A stretch of 64,000 nt of DNA from a virus. The DNA lies in the IMG/VR virus record IMGVR_UViG_3300045988_124424, positions 1 to 64,000 of that record. One strand, given 5' to 3'. The translations under genes were made by a program, and so were the position numbers. Below are positions 47,439-60,200 of the stretch, one piece after another. Each line of letters starts with the position of its first letter. Positions within the stretch are counted from its first letter, which is position 1. Below the pieces are notes generated by a model that ran no database searches, was not told the origin of the DNA, and saw only the letters and a list, made by a program, of their open reading frames with translations.

Positions 47439-48125
47439 TTAGAATGTCATGCCACGACGAGGCAGTTTGAGATACTTTTTAAGTCTGTCGGCAGCTTCAT
47501 TTGGTGTATGGCCATCGTATTCGAAAGCGGTTTCTCTTTCAGGAATATCAAACAAATCCCAGTATTTGCTTTCATAGTGATTAGATACCTGACCGGTAGG
47601 TAGGATCGCCATCACAATAAACCAATCATCAGAACCGAAGCATTTTTCTCCGTCGCTGTGTCTCCTTGATTTGCAAACTTCAACCTGTCCGTTTCTGGCT
47701 AATAGATTAAAGAAGGCGGCGTTATACAACATGCGGTACCGATACAATTCATTGAAAGTGTGGTATCCGTCAGAGACTTCTCCCACGTCTACAGGCTTCT
47801 TGTTTTGAATACTACCCAAAATATTCTCTATATAGAGCTGTATTTTATACAGACCCATTTCGGTGTGGCCGTATTTGTTCAAGATATTATTGACATCGTA
47901 TTGTATATTAAAATCTTTTTCAAATTCTACTTCAGGATGATTAGGATAGCAGTAATCTACTGATGCTTCTAACACAGACTTGATATGCTCTACTATCCTC
48001 GTGGCATCATCATGTTTTAAGAAATTCTTGAATCCCTCAACGAATTTAATATCTTCTTCGATTGTTGATTCGAACTCTTCTTTTGTCATTACTCTAACCA
48101 CATCTTTAAAATCTTTTAATTCCAT
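47439..48125 (-). CDS. Hypothetical protein (228 aa).
   Basis: ORF. Confidence 0.55.
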   Translation of the reverse strand: MELKDFKDVVRVMTKEEFESTIEEDIKFVEGFKNFLKHDDATRIVEHIKSVLEASVDYCYPNHPEVEFEKDFNIQYDVNNILNKYGHTEMGLYKIQLYIENILGSIQNKKPVDVGEVSDGYHTFNELYRYRMLYNAAFFNLLARNGQVEVCKSRRHSDGEKCFGSDDWFIVMAILPTGQVSNHYESKYWDLFDIPERETAFEYDGHTPNEAADRLKKYLKLPRRGMTF

Positions 48126-48148
48126 GATTTGTTTTAAATTAATTGTTA

Positions 48149-48784
48149 CTATACTTTCTTTATCCTACAATACAAACCCCACAAAAACTCAGCGGAGAAA
48201 CTATCCCATACATTATTCTTCTGCCAAAGTTCTACTTTGTTAACAAACCAAGACCATGTGGGACCCTCATATGAAGAATCAGATGATGATCCCAATCCGA
48301 TTTTCCCCATTTCATTCGCCACATCAGAATAAGGATCTAAATCGACTCCCCTAATCATGTTAATAATATCATCCTTGTCTAACGTAAATTGAAACCGCTC
48401 CTTGTTAGTAGGCGGATCTTGATTCAATTTACCAGTCGCAAGCCATTCTCCATCATGATACAATTCGGCAAGTTTCTTTACCTTATTTTTAAGAAAAGAA
48501 TACTCTTGTGTGACTTCTATAAAATCAGCTTCGTTAGCTTCACCCTCTATGAAGATAACGGTTTTGCTTCCAGGTCTATGATCGTCTAAGCTTGCCGGGA
48601 TTCCCAATATCGTCCATCCTTTAAACTCAGCTATCTTAAAACGCATGACATCAAACACCTTATAGAAATCATCACAATCTACAGATTCTATTACCTTAAT
48701 ATCCTCTTCTGTGAATTTACCTCGTATTGGAATAACGTGATGACCGGGGCAGCCATCGGTTCCGAAATATGCGATTCTAACCAC
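48149..48784 (-). CDS. Hypothetical protein (211 aa).
   Basis: ORF. Confidence 0.55.
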   Translation of the reverse strand: MVRIAYFGTDGCPGHHVIPIRGKFTEEDIKVIESVDCDDFYKVFDVMRFKIAEFKGWTILGIPASLDDHRPGSKTVIFIEGEANEADFIEVTQEYSFLKNKVKKLAELYHDGEWLATGKLNQDPPTNKERFQFTLDKDDIINMIRGVDLDPYSDVANEMGKIGLGSSSDSSYEGPTWSWFVNKVELWQKNNVWDSFSAEFLWGLYCRIKKV

Positions 48785-48804
48785 GATATTTACAATATTT
48801 TAAT

Positions 48805-49020
48805 TTATTTTGCTAAAACATTCATATAACATGGCACATCTACCACATCTCTTCTACGAAGTCCCTTATCAAAATAAGAAACTATATAAGTGTTTTTACC
48901 TTCATGATCAGGTCTTGGATCAAAGCATTCAAAAACGAATCTTGTTCTACCTTCAAGATGACCAAACATGAAAACAAATTCGCCACCGTATCTTTTATTA
49001 GCCAATTCTTCTACGGTCAT
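48805..49020 (-). CDS. Hypothetical protein (71 aa).
   Basis: ORF. Confidence 0.45.
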   Translation of the reverse strand: MTVEELANKRYGGEFVFMFGHLEGRTRFVFECFDPRPDHEGKNTYIVSYFDKGLRRRDVVDVPCYMNVLAK

Positions 49021-49244
49021 AATCTGTCCCCTCCTAATCCTGAATTGATGCTAACATACTTGACACGGACATCATTTCCACGTCCAAGCTGACCCCAGCC
49101 GGGCGATGGCGTTCCCTTAGCCGGAGCAGGGACAGCCCTAAGCCGAGACCAGTCCTGCTTTTGCCTCATGGCTTCAGCCTCTTTGTAATACCGGTTACAC
49201 AGTTCTTGATCTTCGTAACCAACGTAATCTTCCTTATTTTCCAT
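49017..49244 (-). CDS. Hypothetical protein (75 aa).
   Basis: ORF with overlapping stop/start. Confidence 0.45.
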   Translation of the reverse strand: MENKEDYVGYEDQELCNRYYKEAEAMRQKQDWSRLRAVPAPAKGTPSPGWGQLGRGNDVRVKYVSINSGLGGDRL

Positions 49245-49311
49245 AAAAAATACTTTTTCAACAAAAGTACGACATTCACGAATTAATTAGATTTAAAATA
49301 AAACAATATAA

Positions 49312-49349
49312 ATTAAAATAAAAACCCGATACGTTAAAATCGCATCGGG
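49312..49349 (-). terminator. Hairpin CCCGAT/ATCGGG followed by a T-run on the minus strand.
   Basis: Downstream of the stop of 49374-49691(-). Confidence 0.45.
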
Positions 49350-49373
49350 CCTGGTATTGAAAAAAAAATAGGT

Positions 49374-49691
49374 TCAGATCTTGGGTAAAGATTCGAGCCA
49401 ATTTTTAACATCTTTATATTTAGGGTCTTTGTCTATTCTATCTTTCAGTTCATGCAATGCTGAGTCCATAACCGTATTCGGTACGCCAATCAACTCTCCT
49501 ATTAAATACAATGGGGTTTTATTCGATTTAGATTCGTGTGCTATATTCATGTCAAAAAAAAAGTTATGTGAAACAAACCGGCCACGGGTATTAGCCCCGG
49601 CTCCATCTAAAAGGACGATTTTATCACCACCCATAATTTTATAGTATTTAATTGTTAAACATACGTGCATGAAGCACGTAACAAAGTTCAT
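49374..49691 (-). CDS. Hypothetical protein (up to 105 aa). The probable start is MGGDKIVLLDGAG at 49634.
   Basis: ORF. Confidence 0.45.
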   Translation of the reverse strand: MNFVTCFMHVCLTIKYYKIMGGDKIVLLDGAGANTRGRFVSHNFFFDMNIAHESKSNKTPLYLIGELIGVPNTVMDSALHELKDRIDKDPKYKDVKNWLESLPKI

Positions 49692-49756
49692 GATTGTAAG
49701 GTGGAATATAGGTGTGTTTATTTCTTATAGAAGAGAAATATTTTCAGCAAAAACAG

Positions 49757-49795
49757 AAACAAAAAAAAGTAGTGTTTTTTATTCTTTCAAAACAC
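49757..49795 (-). terminator. AT-rich hairpin GTGTTTT/AAAACAC followed by a T-run on the minus strand.
   Basis: Downstream of the Bro-like gene stop. Confidence 0.35.
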
Positions 49796-49810
49796 CACCT
49801 GTAAATAAAC

Positions 49811-50695
49811 TTAAGCAAACTTGCCATATTTTAGAAACACATTTTTGAGTTTTCCTTTTATACCATTTAAGGTCACTTCATATCCGGAGCCTGTCATGTA
49901 TATGGTTTGTTGATTGATTCTATCACCAGAATACTTATCTATGAAATAAGACCTATACACTCCATACCCTTTAACTACAACATTGCTATATAGCTCCCAT
50001 TTGCCAAGACCGTTCCTAAACATGAATTTAGCTTCTTCAAGGAATGAGCGAAGATTCTTTTCAGCAATAATAACACCATTTTGCTCTAACTTCTTTGCAA
50101 TATCACGAATCAGCCACATATTGTTATGGTCTACTTTCCTAAAAGACTCGGCAAATTCTACATCGGGCTTGTGTTCTTCTATTGTTTTCAAAGCTTGTTG
50201 CTTCTCTGCCTCTGCCTGCGACTTTTCGGCTATAGCTTTTTGAGCAGCTTCATATTGATCAGCCCAGGCTCTTGCTGCATCTGCCGGATTAGAAAAGTCA
50301 GGGACCAAAATTCCCTTTCCACCGGAACTTGTTTTATATTCTCCTGTTTTACGAATAGAAGGAAGAACCTCAGATGTTACCCATTTCTTAAATCTCTTAG
50401 CAGACTCTAATTTTGAAGATAATATAAGAGAATATAAACCAGATTCATTAATTATTCTTATACTATCTATATATCTGGTTTTCAATATAGATCGTTTTAC
50501 GCCCCATTGATTATCAGATACTTGCAAAAGCATAGAATCATCATCATCTACATGTCTTTTTACCGCATCTTTAGCATTTATATATCCAAGAGATTTAGCC
50601 ACATCTGACGCCACAAACCAAACATCTCCTTTTGGATCTACAATAATTCTAAGCTCTCCAAAATCCGGACTTTCAAAAACAGAAACTTTATCCAT
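49811..50695 (-). CDS. Bro-N / KilA-C type phage antirepressor-like protein (294 aa).
   Basis: The N-terminus MDKVSVFESPDFGELRIIVDPKGDVWFVASDVAKSLGY is characteristic of Bro-N domains. Confidence 0.65.
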   Translation of the reverse strand: MDKVSVFESPDFGELRIIVDPKGDVWFVASDVAKSLGYINAKDAVKRHVDDDDSMLLQVSDNQWGVKRSILKTRYIDSIRIINESGLYSLILSSKLESAKRFKKWVTSEVLPSIRKTGEYKTSSGGKGILVPDFSNPADAARAWADQYEAAQKAIAEKSQAEAEKQQALKTIEEHKPDVEFAESFRKVDHNNMWLIRDIAKKLEQNGVIIAEKNLRSFLEEAKFMFRNGLGKWELYSNVVVKGYGVYRSYFIDKYSGDRINQQTIYMTGSGYEVTLNGIKGKLKNVFLKYGKFA

Positions 50696-50873
50696 GATAA
50701 AAAAAATAGGCCCAAAAGAGAATGTCAGATCCCACTATGACAAACCCTAATGAGCCAAAAATATCTTTCAACATCAAACAACCAGAGGTGGGATCTCGTT
50801 GTTCATTGTTTCTGGAGCAAAGATAGGAACAGGATTTTAAATAGCAAATATTTTAATACTTTTTAAATCAAAC

Positions 50874-50899
50874 CAGGGCCCGCATCACTGCGAGCCCTG
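50874..50899 (-). terminator. GC-rich hairpin CAGGGCCCGC/GCGAGCCCTG.
   Basis: Downstream of 50983-51180(-). The T-tail is weak. Confidence 0.3.
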
Positions 50900-50982
50900 A
50901 TCTACACTAATCTAAACTAATACCATGAAAAACTTAAATCTAAAAACTAAAGAACACACAAATGTAGGAAAATGTATGCCTT

Positions 50983-51180
50983 TCACAAAGAATCTGTATC
51001 CTGTTCTTTTGTGTGATTCAAGACATAGGATATAGTTCTGATACTTAATCCGGTTTGATTTCGTATCAGATTATAAATATAGGATTTTGAAACTACAGTT
51101 CTTAATTGACCTAAATCATTCATAATGTTTTTATACATAAGATGAATGCTGTTGTTACGTTTGATGGTACTGATTCTCAT
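50983..51180 (-). CDS. Hypothetical protein (65 aa).
   Basis: ORF. Confidence 0.4.
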   Translation of the reverse strand: MRISTIKRNNSIHLMYKNIMNDLGQLRTVVSKSYIYNLIRNQTGLSIRTISYVLNHTKEQDTDSL

Positions 51181-51324
51181 TTCCTACTGTTATTAGTTAC
51201 GTTCGGTTCTTACTTTTTCCTTATTTCCATAATCCCTTCCTGAAACTAATATTGCAAACTTAATAAAAATAATTCATAAACAATGAAAATCTAACTTTTC
51301 TTGTATGTTATTGATATACGTGCA

Positions 51325-51359
51325 TATATAAGAAAAGTGAGACTTTCACAAGCCTCACT
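51325..51359 (-). terminator. Hairpin AAGTGAG/CTCACTT followed by a T-rich tail on the minus strand.
   Basis: Downstream of the 752-aa gene. Confidence 0.35.
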
Positions 51360-51400
51360 TCCCAAATTATAACTATGAAAAAACTATATATATACAAAAA

Positions 51401-53659
51401 TTACCTGCATTCCAATTTGTTAAGATCATCCAATTCAGGCTTGCTTACGATCATATCTTGCGTCAGGCCAGATCTGTTTTGGTATGGAGCGTAATCGGTT
51501 TCTACCGTCTTAACCTTCTGATTAGAATCGTATTTCACCTCCGATTCGGTTCCTGTCAGATTTTGGTAGATAGAGCCGGAACTACTTTCGCTTACTTTAG
51601 ACCATATCTTATTACCTACTCTTATAAAATTATCATAAATACCTTCGGCTGTTATAACACCATCTTGCTCTACGATATTAGGACCCGATTTTTCTTTTAA
51701 CAAATACGGGTGCCTGGTGTAAAAATAGTGTTCAAAATCATTCCCAGCATACGAAGGGTCATACCTCTCCAAATAAAACAATTCTGATAAAGAAGGGTCG
51801 GTACTGGTCATGCTATAATCAAACAACATCAACCTGTCTTTTCCAGATAAAGATAATTCTATTGATTTCAAAATATCAGGATCATCAGAAATAAGACCCA
51901 AAGATGGACCAGGTTTGAAGTCAAGATACTTATAGGCATTATCATATAATTTTGTTTTATGGAGTTTGTTGTCAAGGTAAGATTGGTATAAATCGAATAA
52001 GGATAATGGGTTTTCGCTATCTTGTTTTTTGTTCATGTATCGACTATACTCCCGATCCACATCCACGTAAGGAACGTCAAGTACCGCCGGGTGTCCAAAC
52101 GCCATCCTGGTCATTATCATGTCCTCTGTGTTCTGAGAATCCATGAACGATCTGACGTATTTTTTAATGGAATCCATGAGCGTATTATTATCTACGTTCC
52201 GTACTTTCTCTTTATCCAAAACGCCGTTCTTAAAACAAGATTCAGGATATATTTTAGTAGAAAAATGAGTTAGGTTGTGCTTGGCTAACACTGTTGATAT
52301 TTGATACATCTCGTTAAGATCATCTTTGCTGATCCTTTGATATAGATTATCTCCTACCTTAAGCAATGAATGTTTCTCAAATGCCTCTACTGGGTCTATA
52401 TCGGATTCAGAATAAACGATATTCAAATTATCCATATACTCCGGCAATAATCCAAAATAATAGTCTGTACTATCACCAAGAACATCATCTATAGAAGATG
52501 CCAGCGTTGGAGCATAATTTACATCATTATGCCTGGCCACATAAATATCAAGATCCAGCATCAAATTATCTATCTTATTCAAAGATTCTTCTGTGCCATC
52601 ATAAGTTTCCGATGTCCCTATTATATCTATGCCAAACCACGTACAAGCCTCTTCTATATCCCATATCATGCTTCTTAAATCGGATTCGGTGTCGGCATTA
52701 GCCCTATGTAAATAAGCCGATATACGAGCTCTTAGGAACTCTATTTTGCCAGGATTGTAATAAGACAGATCTTGTAGCTTAGACAAGGATCTTCTCTTGC
52801 CTTCTACCACATCATCCCCTTCTATGTTTATTACCGGAATCTTATTCGTAGATGAGAACTCATCAAACATAGATTCGGCAAATTCTTTATCAGAAACGAA
52901 TTTCTCAACCAGTTCAGGGTATGAGTTTCTCAACGATTCAAAAGCAGATGAAAATTCAGAAAAGTTTTTTATGCCGGCTACTGTTTTACGCATAGCATAA
53001 TAAAGCTCAGAAGGATTATATGGTACCTTTTTACCAAATTGGTTAAACACTCCCTCCTTGTAAACAATAGGACCATACTGATAGTCAACAGACATAAAAT
53101 AATTATCCTTTTCCCTATCATGTTCGTTAATAGAAGAATCTATTAACTTTCTCATGGAAGTCGAAACCTCGTTTAAAACAGAAGGATCGGATAAAATACG
53201 ACTTATTTCTGTTTCATCATACAAACCGGATCTCCTTAATTTCTGCTCATTCAGTATCAAACTGCCATCTACATAAAAATCGAAGAGAATAGCATTAGAC
53301 AATGAAGACGCATTGAAAAAATAATGAGTAGACAAAAGGAAATCCCTTACATCCTTAACATCCTGAGCCGTTAAAGGATCAGCAAAATAAGTCTGACGCT
53401 TCATATACGACAGCACATCTTCTAAAAGAGGTTCGCCATTGGGATCGGTGTTAAACATCTCCCCTGGAGCCGGGTTATTCCAATGACCGTAATACGACAA
53501 AAAACCAGGAGTGTAAGCCTTAGCCCATACCTGAAGGGCCCGCTCGCTGTTTCCTAATACTTTTAAAGCACTTTCGTAAAGAACGGAAGGCTCCCCGTTA
53601 GGAGCCTTAACCCGTTTTATTTCATTTTCCTTTTTTTCTATCTGACATTTGACACCCAT
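51401..53659 (-). CDS. Large virion-associated protein (752 aa), function unresolved.
   Basis: Long ORF. Confidence 0.65.
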   Translation of the reverse strand: MGVKCQIEKKENEIKRVKAPNGEPSVLYESALKVLGNSERALQVWAKAYTPGFLSYYGHWNNPAPGEMFNTDPNGEPLLEDVLSYMKRQTYFADPLTAQDVKDVRDFLLSTHYFFNASSLSNAILFDFYVDGSLILNEQKLRRSGLYDETEISRILSDPSVLNEVSTSMRKLIDSSINEHDREKDNYFMSVDYQYGPIVYKEGVFNQFGKKVPYNPSELYYAMRKTVAGIKNFSEFSSAFESLRNSYPELVEKFVSDKEFAESMFDEFSSTNKIPVINIEGDDVVEGKRRSLSKLQDLSYYNPGKIEFLRARISAYLHRANADTESDLRSMIWDIEEACTWFGIDIIGTSETYDGTEESLNKIDNLMLDLDIYVARHNDVNYAPTLASSIDDVLGDSTDYYFGLLPEYMDNLNIVYSESDIDPVEAFEKHSLLKVGDNLYQRISKDDLNEMYQISTVLAKHNLTHFSTKIYPESCFKNGVLDKEKVRNVDNNTLMDSIKKYVRSFMDSQNTEDMIMTRMAFGHPAVLDVPYVDVDREYSRYMNKKQDSENPLSLFDLYQSYLDNKLHKTKLYDNAYKYLDFKPGPSLGLISDDPDILKSIELSLSGKDRLMLFDYSMTSTDPSLSELFYLERYDPSYAGNDFEHYFYTRHPYLLKEKSGPNIVEQDGVITAEGIYDNFIRVGNKIWSKVSESSSGSIYQNLTGTESEVKYDSNQKVKTVETDYAPYQNRSGLTQDMIVSKPELDDLNKLECR

Positions 53660-53685
53660 TGTAATTAACTTTTTTGCAAAGTTAA

Positions 53686-54225
53686 TTATAAAACCGACTT
53701 ATACAATGACGGATCCCAAACTCCTTCTATATAAATCTCTGGAAAACTCAAACTGCCATCACGAAGAGTGGTGACTTCCAAGCTGGGAATGTTGAAAACA
53801 GTACTGGTATCACCAAACTCACCATTCAACTTGATAGCATTTCCGCTGTTATTAGCCTCATAATAAAAATAACAATAATTTTCATTAATGCTTGGATCAT
53901 ATTCGTACCAATATGTTAGATCTTGTATATGATCTTCTATGTTACCAATTTTGTTTTCACCTAATATAAAAATACCATTATTGCTATGATTATAAACCAT
54001 AGATTCATAACCACCATAATTCCAATTACTATTAAACATTATGTAACTAACATCAGAATCATGATCTTTTAATACAGGTCCTATATGTATATGAATTTTA
54101 TTAAACTGACATACATAAGGTCTTTTTCCTCCAAGCCTTTTTATATCTTCATTGGATAACTTATTATAACATCCTCCCACGAAATTATCCGCAGCATTAA
54201 AAAATCTCCTTCTCATACTCAACAC
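53686..54225 (-). CDS. Hypothetical protein (179 aa), possibly structural.
   Basis: ORF overlapping the end of the giant gene. Confidence 0.5.
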   Translation of the reverse strand: MLSMRRRFFNAADNFVGGCYNKLSNEDIKRLGGKRPYVCQFNKIHIHIGPVLKDHDSDVSYIMFNSNWNYGGYESMVYNHSNNGIFILGENKIGNIEDHIQDLTYWYEYDPSINENYCYFYYEANNSGNAIKLNGEFGDTSTVFNIPSLEVTTLRDGSLSFPEIYIEGVWDPSLYKSVL

Positions 54226-57200
54226 TCCTTATTTAACTCATTTATCGAATCCGAATTATCAGAACCTTCTACGAGATTCTTATTCCTATCTATCTCTTCC
54301 TGGCTCATATTACTCATCATATTTTGTATTTTTCTACCAGATTGAGATAAAGAGCGGATGAATGCACTGGAACTTATCTTAACTCCAAGATTCGGTTTTG
54401 CCCTAAACGCTTCACCGGTACTGATATTATACAAATCATACACACCTGAGTTCATATAGAATTTATATATCCAGTTTCCACCAGCTTTTTTGTATCCTAA
54501 TTTGGTTAGCTCGACTACACTCATACCAAATTTAATGCCATTACGACCCATTATCTTCTCCGGTATAGGTTCTACCTTAGCCGGAACAGATGTATATGCT
54601 TCATCACCGCCGTACAGGAAATAAGGGGTTGTTACCCTTGATATGTGAGTAAGCGGTTCTTCGGATATACGAGGTTCGTCTTTCTCGGCCTTAGATTCTT
54701 TCCTTGGATTGGATATTCTAATAAAAGGATCGTATGTTAAAAAGGTTAAGCCGTATTCTACTTTATAACCTGATACGCCGTTAAGATCCCTTATAGCCTT
54801 AGTCGTATGCGAGTGGTTGATGGTGTCTATCCCGTACCTTGATTCCATATCGGTCATAATGCTATTAACTTCATCCCCCTCTACATAAACCTCTTCTCCT
54901 TCCGGGATAGAGGTTATGCCGGCAGCCCTTCTAAGTAACCATAAAGTAACTTCGGCAATATCAGAGAACTTATCTCCGTTCTTCTTATAGTTATCTACTC
55001 TTCCTTCTTCAGATCCAGGTAAATAGACATCTCCCTCAGCTTTGCCATCATCTCTGGGTTGTCCTTCTCTTTTTCCATCTCCCTTTTTATCGCCATCTTC
55101 CTCAGCGCGTACTGCACCGCCTTCTGCACTTCCTTCTTTTCCATCATTTAAAATATTATCTGATTCTGACTCTATAGACTCCACAACAGCATCATACTCT
55201 GGAATGCCGCTAAGGAAATCTGCTACGTTATTCAAAAACTCTATTTTTTCCTCGTTTGTCATATCAAGGCTTTCCATAGGTCTCCATATGGCAGGCAGGT
55301 TATTTAATTCTATTGCAGTAGAAACATCTTCTACAGTTTGATTATCTACCGTAGGCAAAACTTCAGAAACCAAACTATTGATGTCAGATTCCATTTTTTC
55401 TACTTCCTCTTTTGTGCCATATTCTTTTAGGGCATCCATGCCATTGACTCTAAGAGAATAATTCAAAGCCTTGCTTGGAACAAAATTAATATATTTCAAA
55501 AAGTTTTTCAACTCTGATATAATTTGTTCGTCAGATCTTGGACCAACATAATCAACCACCACCTGATCTGTTTGAGAACGAAGCCAAGAAACATATTCTT
55601 CTAAGGTCTTACCTCCCTTTTTAGAAGGAGTGGATATTTTATCACCTACTGTTCCTTTAGGTTCTAATCCCATTTCTTCCTTAAGGCTTTTAGGATTACC
55701 TCTCTCACGAAGAAACCTCAAATCACCTCCTACAATCTTCCTTGCTATAAAATCAAAAATATTAGCATAAGACGGCAATCCTTCTTTTTCTATATGAGAT
55801 TCTATTTCGTTTAACATAAGAGGGAAGTTTCTCCTGGAGGTACGCTTCTTGCCAGGTAAAGACCGCGCAGCTTGTGCCGCAGGAGTCGGCTGAGCTAATG
55901 GCGCCGGCTGAGTCTCCCGGACAGCCCCTTCCTCTGGCATTTCCTCTTCATAAACATCCACGTCTTCTTTAGAAGTAACGGTCTTACCCTCATCAGAGAA
56001 AGGAAGATCATCCTCTATAAGTGATTTAGGTCTGGAAGATGATTTACCAAACTGAATCCTGATCTTAGGAGCAACAAACATCTCACCTTCGAAATCTATT
56101 CCAGATTCTACTTCAGACGTCACAATGTCTTTCACACTCCTACTTCCATCTTCTACCCACTTAACAACATCAGGAACTGTAGATAATTCTTCTATAGCCT
56201 CACGAGCTTTTCTAAGACCTGAAATAGGATTCAAATACGATACTTGATACGAAGCCGGATCAAGACCTAACTTGGTTAGATACGCATTAAGATCTTGTAT
56301 ATCATCTTGACTCATCTGTAGCAATTCAGAATCACCGGATTCAAGCAGCATATCTATAAAAGACATCCATTTCCGCCCTTCCTCTGATTCCACAGAACGT
56401 AGGCTAACTGGGAAAAGATAATTAAGACCGTTTTTACCTTTGATGACAACTACCGGAACTCTTACATTTTTGTAATTATTCCCCTTGTCATTTAATATAG
56501 AATAAGCAAATGGGAAGCCTGTGTATTTAGATCCGTTCTTAAGCACGACTTTGCCATTTAATACATATCCGACATCAGATACTTTTTCAGCACCTTTTTC
56601 GGTAATAGGGAGATTTTCTACCTGGCCATATCCTTGACCGTTCACCTTCATGTTAAACACCGGTCTTCCGGGAAGGGTCTGGGCAACAACATGCGTGCCG
56701 ACGCCGATGGTAGCCGACCGGCCGGCGTCCTTCTTCCACTTGTTGAAAGCCGTTCTTCTTATCTTACTTATACCATCTATGCCTCCTGTATCAGCTTTTA
56801 CAACAGAAACGAATCTGTTCCCACTCATGACCTTGATAACCATATTGGATACCAGTTTATTCTCAGCAGATTCTATTCTTTTTTTATCGCCGGACTGAAC
56901 AGCGTCATTGTATTCGGCAAAAAGAGACTGATTATAGGTATCATTTACATCTATTTCGAGATTAACCTTATCTCCTTTTTTCAAAGAAGATAATGCTTCC
57001 TGATCTATTTTATCTACCTCATTCTCTCCGAATCCGACACCTGTTCTGTACGGAACCAATTCATCTGAATCAAGACGCTTATAAACCAAAGAATAGGAAT
57101 TACCCACGTCCTGAATAGACACGTCTGTGTAACGGTTAAGAACACGAGCCGATTCTTTGTCTATAGACCATCTCGCATGATAAGGCAATTCAATTATAGT

Positions 57201-60200
57201 AGCCGTTTCTCCACCTATATTAAGAGAATACCTTTTAGTGCCATTAGCGTTCGTTTCAGAGCTTATTTGAATAGGAACCAATGATTTTATAGAAGATATA
57301 AATTTATCGGCTCTAAGACCTGCAATTTCATACCTTTCGTTGCCATCGTTGGATATTCTTCTAACCATCAACGTCTCTGGATTCTGGGCGCTATCTATGT
57401 TAGCTCCAGGCGTATTATCGGATTCATCTAACTCATTTACAAGAGAATCTATATTGGTATCATCCTCCCCAAAATTACTTAACGTAGATTCGGAAATACG
57501 ACCTTTATCAACAATCCTGTTTTGTTCGATATAAGGAAGGAGATCTGTGATGTTTCCAACCTGGCCAAGATCTTCTATGGTAAATACCGAATCGGCAAGC
57601 TTATCTTCGTCAACCTTCTCCCCTTTATCCCGTCTGTTCATTATATCAACATACGAAGAAATAGCATCATCAAGTTCCTTCCTTTGATCTGGTTCTAAAT
57701 TGGATTTAGCCATATCAATAATAGCTTTATTTTCCTCATATACTGATCTCGGACTTGTAAGTCTGTCAGCCTTTTCAGATAATGATTTTATGAGATTAAT
57801 AGGGCTGTCACCTAAAGACGACACATAATCATCAAAATCTTGTTTGTATTTATCATACACATCTTTTTCTCTCGCAGTAAGAAGATCAGCATTTCCTGTA
57901 TATAATTTATCAATTATAGACTGCCTTACTACCGGAACCATAATAGGATTATCCATAGCAGCCTCATAATCTTCATCTGATACAGACTCCGTAAGCGGTG
58001 ACTCTTTTATATTATCTTCCGCTTCCTTCATCCTATCTTCTCTTACTCTATCAAGAGCATGCATAAATGCTTTAATAGTCCAAGCTTCGTCTTCCGAAAT
58101 CTTACCTTCTGACACAGCTTGATCTACTACCTCATCAGTGTCATATTCACCGACTTTATTAGGCTCTGCAAAATCAGGAACCTTGTCATCCCCCTTATAA
58201 GGAGTAGACCATAGAGAAGACAGCGCTTTTGAAAATCCCCTGTTTTCCTCAGCTAAGAATCTTTTATCAAGCATCTTAGACAAGAAATTATTCATATTCC
58301 TATAGTCCATCAAACTCCTACGGTATTCATTTACCAAGGATCTCATGGCTTTGTCTTTGGCTGTAAACTTCTTTTCCTGTCTTGATTTTACATTAAAATA
58401 ATCATCAAAAGCCACAAGAGTATCATAGGCTTCTATTACATCTTGTGAACTTATGGGAGAAAGAGGAGATGATAAAACAGATTCGGTTTTACTTACCAAC
58501 TCTTCTATCGAAAACTCTTTTCCTATTAACGTTGATAACTCAGACAACGAATTATTGTAATTGGTTCTAAGATCTTCCAATTCTCTGGTTTTTCGTTGTA
58601 TGGACTCAGCTTGTGGGTCTTTTCCATCTACGTTACGGGGACGGGTGGCAAGATCTTCTATTTCGGATTCAAGTTCTTCTATTCTTGACCGTATGCCACG
58701 GATAGCCATCGCCCGCTCCCTTGCCCTGTCCGACAGCCGGGAGAACGTACTTAGAGCATCCGCCACGCGAGGCTGCCCCGAAAGCGTTTCTATGACAGAA
58801 GCTATGTCTTTCATTCTTGATTCTGATTGAAGACCAAGGAAGGCATTACGAGCCACGTATTTCCTAAACTCAATCTTAGAATCATCACCTATAAGATCTT
58901 CGGCAAAACTCTGGGCAGATCTGAAATCCGAAAGACGATTGTTATAATTATCAATAATAGAATCCTTGTATTTCTTTGCCTCTTCCAAAGACATTCCATT
59001 AGCTTCGGCTATTTCCGAAATAGGCATCATATCAATCATCTGCCTAAAATTTTCAGCCGAATCCTCTAAGGTTCCCATTTGGTTGTCAATAGACATCTTT
59101 TCAAACATAGCATCATCAAGCTCCTTGCCAGTCATAGACTGGGCATCGGAACGAACTTGAGGCCCTAAACTCATTGATTTTTTCAACGTATTCAAAGCCG
59201 CCGTGTTAAGATTAGAAGATGCTTTGTTGTATTCATTCACTTGCCTTTCCAGCAAGATCTGACTATTGCTATACTCTTTAACCCCAAAGAAGCCTTCCCT
59301 CATACCAAACAAAGAACCGATAATAGCACCGATTCCTATTTCAGTCCATCCTTCTTTAGACGTATATTGCTTTTTAAATCCTTCAGAAATAGCATCAAGA
59401 ACATCAACGGCTCCGTTCATGGCTACATTATCATATCTTGACTTAACATATTCCTCAGCCGTATTCTGAACAGCACCTTGAGATCCTTCTTCCCATAAGC
59501 CTTCGGACACCGGCCTTTTCATGATATTGAAAACATTGCCTGCTATCTTTTGTCCTATATTGGGATTGGTTATTTTAATAGCCATCTCTCCCGGCTTCGC
59601 AACTTCCGTCCCTAATCCAAATAAATGCTTGTTGAGCTTCTTTTCCAACCCTGGTATAGCCTTGCCTCCTAACCCTATATACTTACCAAAAAGAAGCCAG
59701 TTAGATAATCCTACTATACCCATATTGGCGGCAAATATAGCACTACCTACATCAGCATTAGAATTACGAAAAACAGCCATTTCCTCTGCATTGGGATCAC
59801 GACCATAAATCTTACGATAATAATCCTTGAAATCAGACTCAGATTGCTTCATAAAAGAATTTGCTTCAACCGATGACTCGAATCCGGCACTGGTAGCCAA
59901 CAACGTCATGGTTTTAGCCGCCTCCCCTACATTTCTTCCGGTAGCAACTCCTTTTCTTACATAGTCATTAAACACGCTTTTAAGGCTTCCTATACCCCTA
60001 TTTGCAGCTTGCCTTGCTGCTAACTTAGCTCCGATTCTTCCACCTAATTTAGCACCTATATTGCCCAATGATCCAACTCCAAGTCCTCCGGTCATGTACG
60101 CTGATATCATGGCTCCTACGGTAAAAGACATTCCGTTACCAAGGACATCATTCCATAAGAAATTACCGGTATCCTTAAAAAGCTTCTGACCGAAATTATA

